A DNA stretch of 64,000 nt from Okamejei kenojei (Eukaryota): contig CM069151.1 of assembly GCA_035221665.1 (NCBI GenBank), forward strand, positions 28,706,001-28,770,000, given 5' to 3'. The position numbers were made by a program, and so were the translations under genes. How positions within the stretch are numbered: position 1 is the first letter of the stretch; every line of letters begins with the position of its first letter. Under the pieces are notes generated by a model. It was not told the origin of the DNA, did no database searches, and was given only the letters and a program-made list of their open reading frames with translations. Below are positions 24,655-39,147 of this stretch, piece after piece.

Positions 24655-26237
24655 GTAAGTCATTTATGTCATTTTCTTCCATCTTTTATTTTAACGGTAT
24701 TTACATACATTTTAGGTGGGAAGGTTAATTTTTAGTTTAAATTAGCTGTGTTTGATTTCAGGTGACTGCATGAATTAATTACTGTTATCCTCTCATTATG
24801 GATAGGGTCTGTTTTTACGTATAACCGTTAGGCAGAAAATATGTTGCTTGATATTGTAACTGCCTCCACAGCATTTTAATGAATGGTGTTGATGAGGGCC
24901 AATTAACATAAAATCACCATCTTCCCCAGCCTTGTTACAATGGTACAACGTACAGATGTGGCAGGCCTGGTAGTGGGCTTGAAGTATTAAGAGTATTTTT
25001 GCACAATTATCAGTAGAAGCAAATGTTTGTCAATTTCCAATGGAAGTCTCTTAAGTGGCCTTCACCCAGTGAAACTGGCAGCCAGTGTTCTTAAGAGACA
25101 TTATCTGATTACTGAGGGGAGGTTACATGCAAACAGTTTTTTATTTTCAAGATTGGTTCTCATTTGAATTTAATATGGGGGCTTGCTCGTACGTACAGGT
25201 TGTCTGTAAATCATGTGTTGGGAGGGCCTAGTATGGGAGGGCCAGTATGGATAAATCTCTGGCTAAATTAGTGCTTTTTAATTTGGCTCTGTAGACTTTG
25301 AGCTTTTTGTTCAGACAATCTTTTTAAATGTATGGAATTTTGAAAGTATCATCAAATACAAAGAATCAGTACAGAGGTGTGCCAGCACATTTGAGTGAAG
25401 ATAAGAACATAAGGCACATAAGAGAATTGCAGAAAAACATTGTAGCGAAAGGCATAATTATTCAGAAGTTTTATCACGCAGCAAGCTCATTAATGACTTG
25501 TCCTCCAGCTAGTTTTTTTGGAATGTGTCTGGACTCAGAAAAGAATATAGATGTCCTGTGAGTGCATTTGCATTTATTGTGATGAGCAGCCAAGTAGAAA
25601 AATTCCAAAGGATTAGAGACCGGATAATGAAGAGGAGCATTTTAACAAGATGTCTCCCAAGCTGGAGCAAAGCTGCTATAAAAAAAGCTGTTTAAAATAT
25701 CGCTATAATTTGTGCCTGATTATGTTACCCCTATGTGTAATTTATTTTGAAAAACATGCTTAGATCTGATAGTGTAACAACAATAATGCCCAAGACAAGG
25801 CATTATTAATTTCCCACACCAAAATAAATAACTGGATTTTGACTTTGAAGTTGATATGTATCAAATTTGGTTACTTAAGTGCTTGATCCTCCAATCCACA
25901 TTTGTCTCACAAGACCTCGCCTTTGCCCTTTTCATAATACCTAATTTAATCCTTCACTATAAAGCTTTCTAATAGTAATATTAGTAGATGGTACATAATG
26001 ATGTACCATCTACCTGGTACGGGTAGAAGTAAATGTGTATTTGAGAAAATTGGACTTCAAAACTTACCAATATTAAAAGAAAAAACTAAATATTAATATT
26101 TTGTTGTAAATATTAAACCATGTAATGTTTTTTTTTTTTAATTGCCAGAATGCCTACTGTGTTTAATGCAACTGAAAGCGATGTTATACTTTTTTTATAA
26201 ACTTAAACCAATTTAAAAACCACTTTTTCATCCTTAG

Positions 26238-26313
26238 GCAGATGCAAGCCCAACGCCATCAGCAGTATTCGACGATGATTCACACAATATGTCCGATATT
26301 CCACAAAACCTGT
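26238..26313 (+). CDS. TRABD: TRABD coding exon 2
   Basis: ADASPTPSAVFDDDSHNMSDIPQNL; the PQNLS-D junction matches known TRABD; AG/GT bounded. Confidence 0.85.
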
Positions 26314-27618
26314 GTAAGCCTTTTGTATTAATTGATAATTAAAAAAAATTAAGAATGAAAGTAATTGCATGTAATATCACAGAGGGTTTTTATTGCAGTC
26401 GCCCCTTGTGAGCTGTACTGTCCCTTTAGGATAGTCCATTATTCTTAAATAGTTGTGCTTAAAATATGAGATGTAACATATTTCATATACCGGAGAAGCA
26501 GATTATCTAAAAGGTAAGGGGTTGCAGTGGGATATCCAATTGCTTGATTTGCAAAAGATGTGTGTGCAAGTACATGAAGTAATCAGTAAAGCTTAACAAA
26601 CTGCTTTCAGTAATTTGCATGGAATCTAATAAAGGAGGAACGTTATGCCTCAGCAACAGGACATTGGCAAGACGACTGTAGGAATACTATGACTGTGTTT
26701 GCACACTGTTTGTCTCCTGATTTAAGGCAGCATGTACATCTGTTGGCAGCAGTTCGGAGAAAGTTTACGTGACATACTTGGATTGTGCAGGTAGTCTTAT
26801 GAAGAAAGTTTGTTCAGACCAGACATATTCTCTGGAGTTTAGAAAAGTGAGAAGTGGCTTCATTTCAATGAATCTTGCGGTTGGGTAGGAAGTGCATGTT
26901 TCTTTTTCTGGGAAAATCTAAAAATAAGAATCATTGTTTAAAAATAAAATGGAATCCATTTAAGACGTATAAATTGTATTTTCTTTCCCGAGGATTGAGA
27001 GACTTCAGAAAACCTGGAAGCAGTGTCTGAATATTTTGAAGATGAAGATGATAGGTTCTTGATAAGGAAGGAGGTGAAAGGTTTCTGAGGATAGGAAGGA
27101 GTGTAGAGTTGATGTCAGTCATGTTCTCAGTGAACTGTGAGTAGGCTCAACGAGCCATAGTCTATTGTCTTTTTTTCCCATTGATTAAAATGCAAATTTG
27201 TAGATTATTTAATTAGTGTATAAGGGGCATAAATATGGTCCACAGTCAAAACCTTTTTCCCAGGATGGAAAACTCAAATACAGGAGGGCATAGCTTTAAG
27301 GTGTGAGGGGCAACGTTTAAAGGAGATGTGTGGAATCCGTTGCCAGGGTTGATGATTGAAGCATTTAAGAGGCATTTGGATAGGCATATGGATATGTAGG
27401 GATTGGAGAGATATGGTTATGTGCAGGTAGATAAGAGAAGGCCTCGGTATCATGTTCACCATAGACATCGTGGCCAAGGGATCTGTTCGTGTGCTGTGCT
27501 GTTCTATTAGAGGAAGGAAAATATTAGAATCATTTAAAGCTATTATTGAGCTAATTGACATGACTAATTACCTCCATTTGCTACTGTGAATTATTGTAAC
27601 ATATTTATTTCTTTACAG

Positions 27619-27785
27619 CAGATGAAGATGCTTTTAAACTTTTGTGGGAAATGAAGATGCGAAAAAGGCAGGGGAAGCCAAATCTACCAGACACTGTCAC
27701 TGAACTCAGCACAGAAGATGGTTGTAAGGTGTACCTAGTTGGCACAGCCCACTTTAGTGAGAGTAGCAGAAATGATGTTGTGAAG
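27619..27785 (+). CDS. TRABD: TRABD coding exon 3
   Basis: DEDAFKLLWEMK..VYLVGTAHFSESSRNDVVK (TraB/PrgY GTAH motif). Confidence 0.95.
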
Positions 27786-30693
27786 GTAAAAATGAAAAAA
27801 AGAATAAATTTAGGAAAACATGTTCAGGTTTAAATTATGTACAAGAATACTGAAGCTCTAACATTGTAGGATCCAAACGTGTTTAAGCCTAATTTAATGT
27901 AAAACAATCTTCCGTCCAAAAACAAATTTCGGTAGACGGTATTGTGCGTTGAGGGCTTTGGAGGTTAGAGAAGGTTTCATCACCCTTCAGCGTGGATTTC
28001 TCACTTCGTTTTCGGTCAGGGGTTTATTAATGTAACAATTTTAATGAGAATAATCACAGTAATAATCAGAGTTATAGACAAAACATTTTCCCATTGAAAT
28101 GTCAAAGCATAGATGGCAGAGCCTTGGGATGAGAGGACAAATTTTAAAAGAGAACTGTGGACAGATTTTTGAGAGATTTTTGTTGGATGCCTGGATTGTG
28201 CTGCCATGGATAATGATGGAGGCACATACTATTGTGGCATTTAAGAGGCTTTTATATAGGCATGCAGGAAATGGAGGGTTATGGATCATGTGTGAGCAGA
28301 TGTGTTTAGCTCATCTTGGCATCATGTTCAGCACAGACATTGTGAGCTGATGGGCTTGTTCCCATGCTGTAGTTTTGACATTGAATTATAGTCTCAATTC
28401 AGTCATGCCAAAAGTTTGTTTTCGTATTCTTTACTGACAACTGTTCCTGGAAGTAAGCTTATATGATATATACAATTTATTAAACTTGAAATACACTGAG
28501 TTTGCAAGTTGCAAAAATTAGAATATTTTGGAAATGATTTTGTTCTGAGATGTGATACTACCTTGGTTTTAGAAAAGTATATTTTTGATTGTTGAGAATC
28601 AAGTGTCAAGATGGTATGAGTATTATTTGTATTTAATTTTTTAATCAACTTTGGGGTATTTATTTGGTTGAAATATACAGTACATTGATTTATAATTTAA
28701 TGACTTTATTTGAATCAGTTTATCAAATACATAGCCTAATCAGTTCATGAAATCATTGTGACCTGAACAGTACTACAATCTGACCTATTTTGTATCCTGT
28801 TTGCATTCATTGCTCTAAAAAAGCAGTAGACATACCAGGATATTATTTTGTAATTTACTATGTCATTACTGTCTTCTGCAGTCAGACAGTGGTGAATCTG
28901 TGGAATTCTTTGCCACAGAAGGCTGTGGGGGCAAAGTCAGTAGATATATTGAAGGCAGAGATAGATTATTGATTTGTATGGGTGTCAGATGTTATGGGGG
29001 ATAAGGCAGGAGAATGGGGTTAAGAAGGAAAGAAAGATCAACCAAATTTTGATCCTTTACAATTTATTTCAGTGAGAAAATTGTTTTTGGTTTTCACCTG
29101 ATGTAGGTCCCTGCAGGAAATGGATCCTGGCTCGGGGCAAAATTGGAACCTTTGACAGACTTTGATGTAATTGAATCGCCTGTCAATGAACTAAAAAGCA
29201 ATCTTGATTTCCTATTCGGTTAACATAAAGCTTGGGGAGAAAATGAAAACCCCCACACTCCTGTCGATGCCCCACTTCATGCCTCCGTGGTGCCGACCTG
29301 GGCGCCAGCCGCAGGCTCCGTCGGCCGCTTCATCCAACCCGGGCTTCTACCCGCGAGGCCCCGGCCGGGGTTCTACGTGGCGATCCAAGAGGCATCAAGA
29401 CCGCGGCGCCTCGATAAAGCCGCAGCCCGTCGGGATGCCTTCTGGCTGCGCAATACTGTGTATTGTTGCATCTACATCTTGGACTCACCATTGAGTCAGC
29501 AATTAGCATTCCCCAATAGTCACTGACTGCAAATTCTGGCAATCAGAAAATGTCCTGCAATCAAAAGAAGATAAAAGATTATTTACTTTTTTATAATTTT
29601 ACCATAGATTTAAAGAAATGAAATCTTTAATTTTAAATTTTAGGAAGTGTTATTTTCAACTTGTGTCTTAAATTCTAGGTTGAGATGTTAATATTTTGTC
29701 CACTGTACAATTTGACTGAGCTATGTAGCACAGTATGATCATCTTTGAAGTAGATGGATCATCATTTGCATCCTAACTGTTAAGAGTTGGATTTGAAATT
29801 CATTAGGTGTTTAAATACAATGGTAAAGGATACTTCTCTCTAATTAGAGTAAACAAGCAAGGAAGTAGGTGAAGGTGTAACATAAAATATTTTAAATATG
29901 ACTTAAGTATAAACAAGCAAGGAGTTGGTGTCCTTTTAAGGTATGATTATCACAAATTTTCTGTGTAAGGCAAGTAAAATGTGTTATTTTAAGGGACAAT
30001 TTAAAAAATGACAGTATAAATTAAGGGTAAACAGGCAAGAAAACGTTGTCATTTCAAGGTACAATTATCAAAAAAAGTCTGCATATAGGGGGCGCTGCTC
30101 CTTTTACCCCTGCCTGGGGTGTTGCCCCTTGGAACCCTACCAGGGGCAAGCCCCCTTGACCCCATCTCTTCATCTTTTTTCAGATTTTTCCTGTGTCATC
30201 ATATCTGCCCCAACTACCTCTTCCAACTACCTGCACGTTTGTTCCATAGACCCATCCCAGCCTCCTTGTGGAAACGTTTGCGCCTCGGGTTCCTATACAT
30301 CTGCCCCCTCTCACCTTAAACCTATGTTCTCTGATTCCTCATTGCCCTACCTTGGATGAAGGACTGTGTATTTACCCTTTCATAATCATATTTATTAGCA
30401 AATTTTTGCATCTATTCCCCTCATGATTTTATACACCTCAATAAGATCAACTTGGAATCTATTGTGCTCTAAGGAATAAAGTCATAGTTTGCCCAATCTC
30501 TTCCTCTAGCCCAGGCCCTTGAATCCTGCAACATCATCATAAATGTTTACTCTTTCCAGCTGAATGACATAGTTCCTATAGCAGTCACCAAAACTGAACA
30601 TAATACTCAAAATACGGCCTCGCCCACGTGTTGGACAACTATAACATAATATCCCAACTTTTATACTCAATACCCTGACTGATGAAGACCAGC

Positions 30694-31397
30694 TGTTCTT
30701 AGTCTCTTCCTTTTGGGGGGACGCAACTTTTCTTGTTGTATCCCCCGTCTCCGTCTCCGTCTGCGCTGAGGCCTATCGCGGAGCTGGCGGCCTCCAACTT
30801 TAACTGCGACCGACCCGAGGCTCCGGAGGTAGAGCCAGCCAGGACTTACCAGCGCGGGGTTGGCCGACTTTGGGGCTGCGGCGGGTTCAGGCGGCCCGAC
30901 TCGGAGCTGTGGCGGCTTTCCGGTGGCGGTGATGGCAGCGACTTCGGAGGTTCGGCTGCGGGCCCAGTGGACGACATCGTCGGGAGCTCGCAGGTCACAG
31001 GTTGGTGACCTGTTTTTCCGGAGCTCCCGCGGCAACAGCTGCATCCGCTGGACTGGAGGGCGGCAGCTTCGAGCGCCCCGGGCCGCGGAGTGGACCGGCC
31101 CGCTCGCGGAGCGCGGTTCACCCGCGGGACTTATTTACATCACCTGGTGCGGTCACAACATCGGAGGCCCGGGTTGCCTCAGCGCAGAGGAAGAGGAAGA
31201 GGAAGAAGGGAAGAGACAAAGACAAGATTTTTGCCTTCCACCACAGTGAGGAGGTGTCTGGTGAACTCACTGTGGTGGATGTTAAATATGTGTTTATTGT
31301 GTGTTTTTGTTATTTACTATATGTATGACTGCAGGCAACGAAATTCCGTTCAGACTGCAAGGTCTGAATGACAATAAAGTTTTCCAAGTCCAAGTCT
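30694..31397 (+). mobile_element. GC-rich non-autonomous retroelement nested in a minus-strand CR1 fragment (about 30240-31630)
   Basis: Closely similar to 48585-49346; 3' hairpins, gacaataaag and a short-repeat tail. Confidence 0.75.
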
Positions 31398-31795
31398 TGA
31401 CCTCCTTTCAACCTATGATGTCACTTTCAGAGATCTAAGTATCTGTACTCTTAGATTGTTCTGCTCTAAAACATCCACAGAACCCTACCATTAACATTCA
31501 CTGTGAAGGTCCTTGCACGTGTCTATATTAAACTCCATGAGCCATTCCTCAGCCCACTTGCCCAGTTGGTCAAGATCCTATTGTGATTTTTGATAAGCAT
31601 CTTTACTATCTATGATACCACCCACTTTAGATCCTTTGGTCCATGTGTAGACAAGTTAAGCAGTTCTGCACTTTGAGCATTTCGCTGAATCCAGTTGGTC
31701 TGTTCACAATGTGTCAAAATTCCATCTTGTAATATGTCTGTAGCAGCAGTGTTTCTTGAAGGATGGCATACTTAATATGTTGTATTTTGTTCCAG

Positions 31796-31936
31796 ACTAT
31801 TCAAGAAGTGCAGCCAGATATAGTGGTTGTGGAACTATGTCAGTACAGAGTCTCCATGCTCAAAATGGATGAAAAGACATTACTTAAGGAAGCCAGAGAA
31901 ATCAATCTGGACAAGCTGCAGCAAGCTATAAAACAG
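31796..31936 (+). CDS. TRABD: TRABD coding exon 4
   Basis: TIQEVQPDIVVVELCQYRVSMLKMDE..LQQAIKQ. Confidence 0.96.
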
Positions 31937-33369
31937 GTGCAGTATTTCAGTCTGAATTTAAGGTCAACTCCGTTTTTGTTTAAAGTGCATTTGGTTGTAA
32001 ATTTGGTGTGTGCATTCTTAATTTTGACGTTCTGTGCTGATTTATGTAAGCAAGATCTTGTAAAATGTGAAACCTAATGAAAAACTTAGAAAAATTGAAT
32101 ACATGCAAAAAGCATGAGACAAATGGGGGTGTTTTTGAAAAAAACTTGTTATATGCTTAGGGAGGTTTGGTATAATGGAACTGAATTTGAGTACTACCTA
32201 AAAGAACAGCCATCGTTTTGATAGCCTTAAGTTACCTTTTTGGATCTTGGGACGCTAAAATACTTTAGTTCCATGTTGCACGTAAACCATGCAATGTTCT
32301 TCATTGAGGACTGCCATTATTCAGTATGTTTTTTTCCCTTTTAAATGATTGTGCAAAACTTGATTGTGCAGTAACATGATTGGATAAGATCACCTTGGTA
32401 CACGAGAATAGATTCTGAGTTAAATAATAGAATAAGTTATTCATTCACAATATCCCTCAAATCATCAATTTCTTCCCAGGGTGTCTGATCATCCATCTCT
32501 CAATTACTGAAGTCTTATTTAATTTTGATGGAAATTCTTGCTACACTGATTCATTTTTACCTCCTCTACATACCTCCGTCCCTCCACGCCCCATTCATTA
32601 TTTTGAGATCTGGGTTATTAATGCCTCAAATCAGTAAGAGTCTTTAATATCACTCTCAATCTTCTCCAGTGCAAATGAGCATCAGTTCAGTTGTTTAAAA
32701 CCAAATGGCTCTCATCGGTACAATAAAGTAACATGACAATATGAACATTATCACAGATCTGGTTAGAATTTTTAATCTGTATTTGCAAACATGAATGTAA
32801 TTGCAAATTATTTTAATATTTGAAAATGAGGACGCGAGGGCATATATCAGTAAAAAGCTGGGATTTTAAACATTGAATCTGGATTTTATTCAATTTCAGG
32901 TAACCCTTAATTTTAGGTAGCCACTTCTCACCCTCCACCTCCCATTTTTGCTCTGTTTCTCTCAACCTCCACTCCAGTCCCACAACACCCATTTTCAACA
33001 CCCGAACACACGACTTCCCCCTTCTCTAACTGGCCGTCGTTCCTTTCCCCTCCTTCTGTGCACTTAGCACCTTCTGGCCCCCGTCTTTCTCCCCCAGCAC
33101 CTCGCGTCCCTATATAGTGGCAATTTTACCATTCTGTCCATATGCAGGGTCTTGACCCAAAACGCTGTTATTCATTCCGGTAGTTTTTGTCTGCCTGAGA
33201 TTTTGAACCTCTTCCAAATAAATAAATCGATCAGGCCACATATCCTTTGTATGGTGTGGAATAATACTGTGTTTTAACCTCTCAATATAGTTATCACAGT
33301 CTGCAAACAGCTATTGATTAGCAAAGTTTTCTGTACCTTTTTAAAACTTAACTGTTCTTGTTTTGATAG

Positions 33370-33480
33370 AATGGAGTAATGTCTGGATTGATGCAGATGC
33401 TGCTATTGAAGGTCTCTGCTCACATCACAGAACAGCTGGGCATGGCCCCAGGGGGTGAATTCAGGGAAGCCTTCAAGGAG
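33370..33480 (+). CDS. TRABD: TRABD coding exon 5
   Basis: NGVMSGLMQMLLLKVSAHITEQLGMAPGGEFREAFKE. Confidence 0.97.
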
Positions 33481-33795
33481 GTGGGTATTCCTCTTGTCCG
33501 TTTCATCCCTCTCGAAGTTGACTCGTCTCTCTTGTGGTCAGCAATGCCATTTAAATACCGTGGCCTGAGTTGGCAGTAATATTGAAGTTATCTGACCTCA
33601 TCATCAAGGAAGCAAATGTGTTAGCAATCTGGATTATGCCTTTGTGCTGTTTAATGGGAAAGCTGGAAACTTTTGTCAATGATCCTCTCCTTGTATTTGG
33701 AGAGTATTGTTGCAGCATTTTCTAGGCCAAATAGATGGATTATGAGGATTTAAGACTTTGTCATCTATTCTCCTGGATGAAAAAGAAAATACTAA

Positions 33796-33928
33796 CAGCC
33801 AGTCTGAAGAAGGGTCTCAACCTGAATGTCCCTTATTCCTTCTCTCCAGCTGCCTGTCCCGCTGAGTTACTCCAGCTTTTTGTGTCTATCTTCGTTTTAA
33901 ATCAGCAAATGCAGTTCCTTCCTACATT
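33796..33928 (+). mobile_element. Penelope-derived monomer
   Basis: Begins 8 nt before CTGAAGA; TSD gaaaata(c/t)taa at 33785-33795 and 33929-33939. Confidence 0.75.
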
Positions 33929-33959
33929 GAAAATATTAAGTGTTCTGGCTCATAGAATA

Positions 33960-34370
33960 AGATTTAATGATACGATACGATAGAACTTTATTTATCCCAG
34001 GAGGGAACTTGATCTGCCAACATTCATAACACACAAGATACATGAAACATGACATTAAAGTGACTAGTGGAAAGGATTGGGGATGTGCAAAGATTTGGGT
34101 GGGGGAAAGGGGAGTCAGTCTCCGTCTACCCCACGACAGAAGGGGGAGAAGTGGTACAGTTTGATAGTCACATGGAAAAAAGGATCCCCTGTAGCATTCT
34201 GTACTGCATCTTGGTAGAACCAGTCTGTTGCTGGAGGAACTCTTCAGATTGACCAGTGTGTCATTGAGAGGGTGAGCTGCATTGTCCAAGATGCAGTTTG
34301 AGGAGCATCCTCCCCTCCAAGAGCACCTCCCATGAATCCAACTCCGCCTCCAGGACTGAACCAGTTTTAG
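33960..34370 (-). mobile_element. Rex1/Babar LINE 3' fragment
   Basis: HPLNDTL..NRLVLPRCSTECYRGSFFP; tail gggataaataaagtt+(tatcg)n. Confidence 0.8.
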
Positions 34371-34531
34371 AGTTTTAATGACACATTAAACCATAGCTTA
34401 TTGCTTTACAACAACTTTTAACATAACAAAATCAACATTTTTAAGTATGGATTGTTAATCCCTTAATTTTCCACTGTACTGTGCATTGAACTTCTTATGA
34501 AACGTGCATTTTAAAAACTTGTGTGTTTCAG

Positions 34532-34671
34532 GCTGGAAAAGTGCCTTTCTGTAAGTTTCACCTTGGGGACAGGCCCATCCCTATCACCTTTAAAAGGGCC
34601 ATTGCCGCACTTTCACTCTGGCAGAAGGTCAAATTAGCCTGGGGCCTCTGTTTCTTGTCTGATCCCATCAG
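34532..34671 (+). CDS. TRABD: TRABD coding exon 6
   Basis: AGKVPFCKFHLGDRPIPITFKRAIAALSLWQKVKLAWGLCFLSDPI. Confidence 0.97.
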
Positions 34672-35828
34672 GTATGAACATGTATGTCATAATTCATGGA
34701 TTTGCAAGCTTCAGCCATGCTTTCATAATTACTTAATTTACATTTCAAAACGCTGATGTGCTGCTCTGCTAAGTCGTGCCAATTTATATGAAAAATAATT
34801 AAAACTGATGAAATAATTTTGAATATATATTCGGGCAGTTTATTGGAATTGAGAACAACACTGTCATAAAACGCATAAACGTGGGAGCACATTAAAAAAA
34901 CTCAGTCCCTCAACTTTTACGCCATTCCTTTTAGTTGCTGGGTGACTTTATTCCTTGCCTCCATTTACCTCCCATAGTCCTTGTCCCATAATACTCCTGA
35001 CAGAATTTGAGTTTTACTGCTACATCATAAATTTTGCCACGTTCTGAAATGAAGCAGGATGTAGCTGCTTTATCTTCTGCATCAAATTGTTTGAAACACT
35101 TAATTATACTCGAACATTCCAACCTCTTGGCAATTTATGTAGACAAATGTATTCCTAATAACTTTTTTTCTGATATAATTCTGGTAAAGCCCAAATATAT
35201 TTCAAATCCTCTTGGCAATGAATTCCCAAAATCAGATTTTTTTTGTTGGTATCTGATCAACATTCTGTACATCTGAAAGGTAACTTCATTCTCTTTATAC
35301 TTCGATAATAAACCTTTATTTCCATTGGAACAATTTTTTTTTTAAACAGACTCTTTTGGAGAGGCTTAGTTTATATGGAGAACAAAGACCTTTTATCAAT
35401 TAAAGTAACATTTTCTCTCTTTTTAATCCAAAATCCAAGCCCTCTGCTTTTCCTACTTGTGATTCTGTCACAATCTATGCACACCCAATTGAAACTTAAG
35501 GAGCCGCTACCACCCCCTGGTTAATATAGCTTATTGCTTCTCACCATGATGCACACCCGTGTTCATTGCAATATTAGAGACTTATAACTGTTTAATATCT
35601 ATTATAAATGTAAATATGACACATTGTTTAAGTTTTTTAAACATTGTGACGTGCATTCTGTTTAAGTTAAACATTTAAACATTGTGACGTGCATTCTGCA
35701 TTACTGTTTTGAACTGACAGGATACAGTTTTTCTCAACTTATTTGTTCAAGGAAGCAAGACTTAACAGTGTGAAATTAAGCAACAGCTTTTATTTGTATT
35801 TAATTTTTAATTGATTTATCTGTTTCAG

Positions 35829-36001
35829 TAAAGATGATGTAGAAAAGTGCAAACAGAAAGATCTTCTAGAGCAGATGATGTCCGAAATGATCGGAGAGTT
35901 TCCTGATCTTCATCGAACCATTGTTGCTGAACGGGACGTTTACCTAGCCTATATGCTAAAGCAAGCCGCAAAGCCATTAGAACTACCTCTGGCTTTAGGA
36001 C
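35829..36001 (+). CDS. TRABD: TRABD coding exon 7
   Basis: KDDVEKCKQKDLLEQMMSEMIGEFPDLHRTIVAERDVYLAYMLKQ; splice phases consistent. Confidence 0.96.
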
Positions 36002-36083
36002 GTAAGCACATAAACTAGCCTGGATAAGCTTCTGTTGCTCTCTAATCTACTGATTGGAATTTGTTTGGTAGTCAAATATGTGT

Positions 36084-36114
<31 letters not shown>

Positions 36115-37473
36115 ACTGAGCCAAGTCTGCATCACAATTTTTGCTGCTAGTCTGCATGAACAAAAATACTTCTTGGTTTGGTCTCTGAAGTCTTGCTAAG
36201 TTGCTTAATTGTAACCAATGTCGCTTTCGGGAAGCTACATTTTGTCTTGTAGGTTCTTTTCACTGAGTTGTGCTCTGAGAGAATGAATGGAAGGGTAGGA
36301 CATAACCGTAATTTATAGGCTAGGACTTTATTAATTGGAGGGAGACAGACTTAGGGGTGATCTTTGCTGTGTATAAAATGAGGGGCGTAAATAGGTCGAA
36401 TGCATACAGCCTTTTTCCCAGGTTGACAGAATCAAGAACTAGAGGACACGGGTTTAAGATGATTGGAGAAACATTTAATAGGAACTGAGGGGTAACTTCA
36501 CAGAGTAGTCGTTTCCCTTCCCCTGACTCTAGTCTGAAGATGGGTCTCGACCTGAAACCTCACCCATTCCTTCCCTGAGATGCTACCTGTCCCGCTGAGT
36601 TACTGCATCATTTTGTGTCTATCTTCATGTAGTAAATTGTATTTATAGGGAATGAGCTGCCAGAGGAAGTGATACAGTAATAACATTTAAAATACATTTT
36701 TGAACAACCTTTTGTATGGAAAAGATTGAGAGGGATAAGGATCAAACTAAATGAGATTAGCATAGATGGGTTTCTTGGTTGGCATGGATGCGTTGGGCTA
36801 AAGGGCCTATATTTGTACTGTATCTGTCTCTATATTACCAGCATTGGCAATCACCCACCGGTGATTGTCTCTGCCTTGTCCCTCCTTCCCACAACAGTTA
36901 CCTTCGCTCCATACTCCCAGTCCTGATGCAGGGTCTCGATCAGCATATCATCCATCTCTTTGTCTCCACAAAAGCTGCTGGATCTGCTTAACTTTCAAGC
37001 GGTTTGGTTTTTTTCTCTCGCTGTTTAATTGTCCCCCAGTGTGTGATAACTGACTGGAAAGTAGGATAGATGCCTGGCTTTGATCCTGCTGTCCATTGCT
37101 GTCTATTGTACATTCTCCTAGTAACTGCATAGATTTTCCTAATGCTCCAGCTTTCTTTCATGTATTAAAGATGTACAGCTTAGCAAGTTAATAGTTTATC
37201 GTAAATTACTCGATGCACAGAATGGGTGGCATAAGGGTGGTGTTGGTGGGCATGTGATAGAGTGCAGGTTATAGGGAACAGGAGTGATGACATTGCCCCA
37301 AAGGCCAGCAGAGGAGGCCATTGGCTGTGGAATCAATCATAAAATATGAAACTAGAATACACCTAGATAAATTAAAGTTTTACATTTTCCAGGTACATAA
37401 AAGGTTGATGACTGAAGTACACCGCATTTACCATTTTGAGATTTGTTAAATTATTTTTCTGTTCGTTCCATAG

Positions 37474-37585
37474 CTGAGCCCAGCCAACGAATGCCATCCG
37501 TTGTGGTGGGAGTAGTTGGAATGGGTCATGTGCCAGGAATTGAGAAGAACTGGAATAATCTATTAAACATTCAAGAAATAATGAG
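37474..37585 (+). CDS. TRABD: TRABD coding exon 8
   Basis: PSVVVGVVGMGHVPGIEKNW (TraB GxGH motif). Confidence 0.96.
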
Positions 37586-38975
37586 GTAAAATCTGCCTCT
37601 TTTTTAACAGTTATATACTGTTATTTGTGAACAAATTTCCTTTTAATTTAAAATATAACCATTTGGTGAGAATATTCATACAACTGGAATCTCAAAATTT
37701 TGATTGAACCCAAGAACATAATACATGTACAGGAATTACCTGCAGGTGCAGTATGTTATACCTGGGTAGTTATCATTTTCATCCTATTTATAATGACTTG
37801 TAATGTGGGGGGGGGGGGTGGGGGGGAAGGATGACGGAGGGAAAGAGGAGGTCAAGGGAAAACTTGCTTTAGAGGACAGGCATTTTCAAATGTTCACCTT
37901 TCATATTTCAAATTAAATTATCAGAGTTGCCGTCCAAAGTTTCTGTGGCAGTTCAAATATAGTAAAGAACTTGAATGTGTATAAGACCAAAGGAGGAGTG
38001 ATCTTCCTGGAAAACAGATTGTAATATGAAATATCACTGGGAAGCTGCCAATATTTTAAGCTATAATGCAGAGCTGAACAGCAGCATGCCATACCAATCA
38101 GTGGGAACCACAAGGTGGTTCCAAGTAGCATCCGCAGCCAAGCTTCCAACATTTCCAGTATAGGTGGTAGTCAGACCAGTGGATTTAAGAAGGGTTCAGA
38201 TAACTGGAAGGTACTTGGGAGTATGGCCTGAAGCTCATAAGTATTTTGTTTTGAGACACTGTTAACAAAATTCTTAGAGGCTTTGCTGAGGCAGCAGTGA
38301 GGAATGATTAAAATGATGATGATAGATTTCTTCATCCGGAAAACGTTTAAAGATTATAAGTGGACGTTCCAGAGTAATGCAGGTCAACGGCAATTACATA
38401 ATCATAACGGCATGTTGGGGCTAACCAAAGAACATTCTGCAGAATAAAATCACAATAATGTTCTGGGGGCTTCAATACCCAATTTGTGGTTTTATTGTCA
38501 TGACTAGTATTGGGAAAACCTATCCAAATTGTTATTGCCATGGAGCCTCAATTAAAAAAAAATAAAATAAGCTCTGACATTAAAATATAGAAACAAGGAA
38601 CTGCAGATGCTGGTTTACAAAAATTACAAAATGCTAAAGTAACTCAGCGGGCCTGGCAGCATCTCTGGGGAGCATGGATAGGTGACGTTTCGAGTTGGGA
38701 CCTTTCTTCAGGCTCTGCAGGAGAGGAACACGTAGACAAATGGAATATCTAAGGGCAAGTCCAGGGTTGTTACGAGAATAAATGGAGATGGTTGTGTGGT
38801 TGATGGGTGACCAGGGACAGTTAGTAGAGAGAATATAAACAAAGGAATGTAAAAGTTGGGAAGTGGAAACATTTGTGGTACATTTTCAACATGATGACTT
38901 TATTAACATTTTCAACATGTTGACACTTTTTTGCATCTTCCCTGAATAAATAATAAACCAATTTTTATTTTACAG

Positions 38976-39147
38976 CGTTCCTCCGCCATCTTTAGCGACT
39001 AAAGTATTGAAGTTTTCCCTTAAAACAACTGTTATTGGACTTGTGGGTTATGGCTGCTACCGTTTGGGAAAAGGGACCATTAAGCTGATGCTGTCAAGGC
39101 CATTAGTACAGACTTACCTCCATAAATATACAAATCAAATATTCTAA
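38976..39147 (+). CDS. TRABD: TRABD last coding exon (C-terminal membrane anchor, stop TAA 39145-39147)
   Basis: VPPPSLATKVLKFSLKTTVIGLVGYGCY..; summed CDS 1113 nt = 370 aa. Confidence 0.93.
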
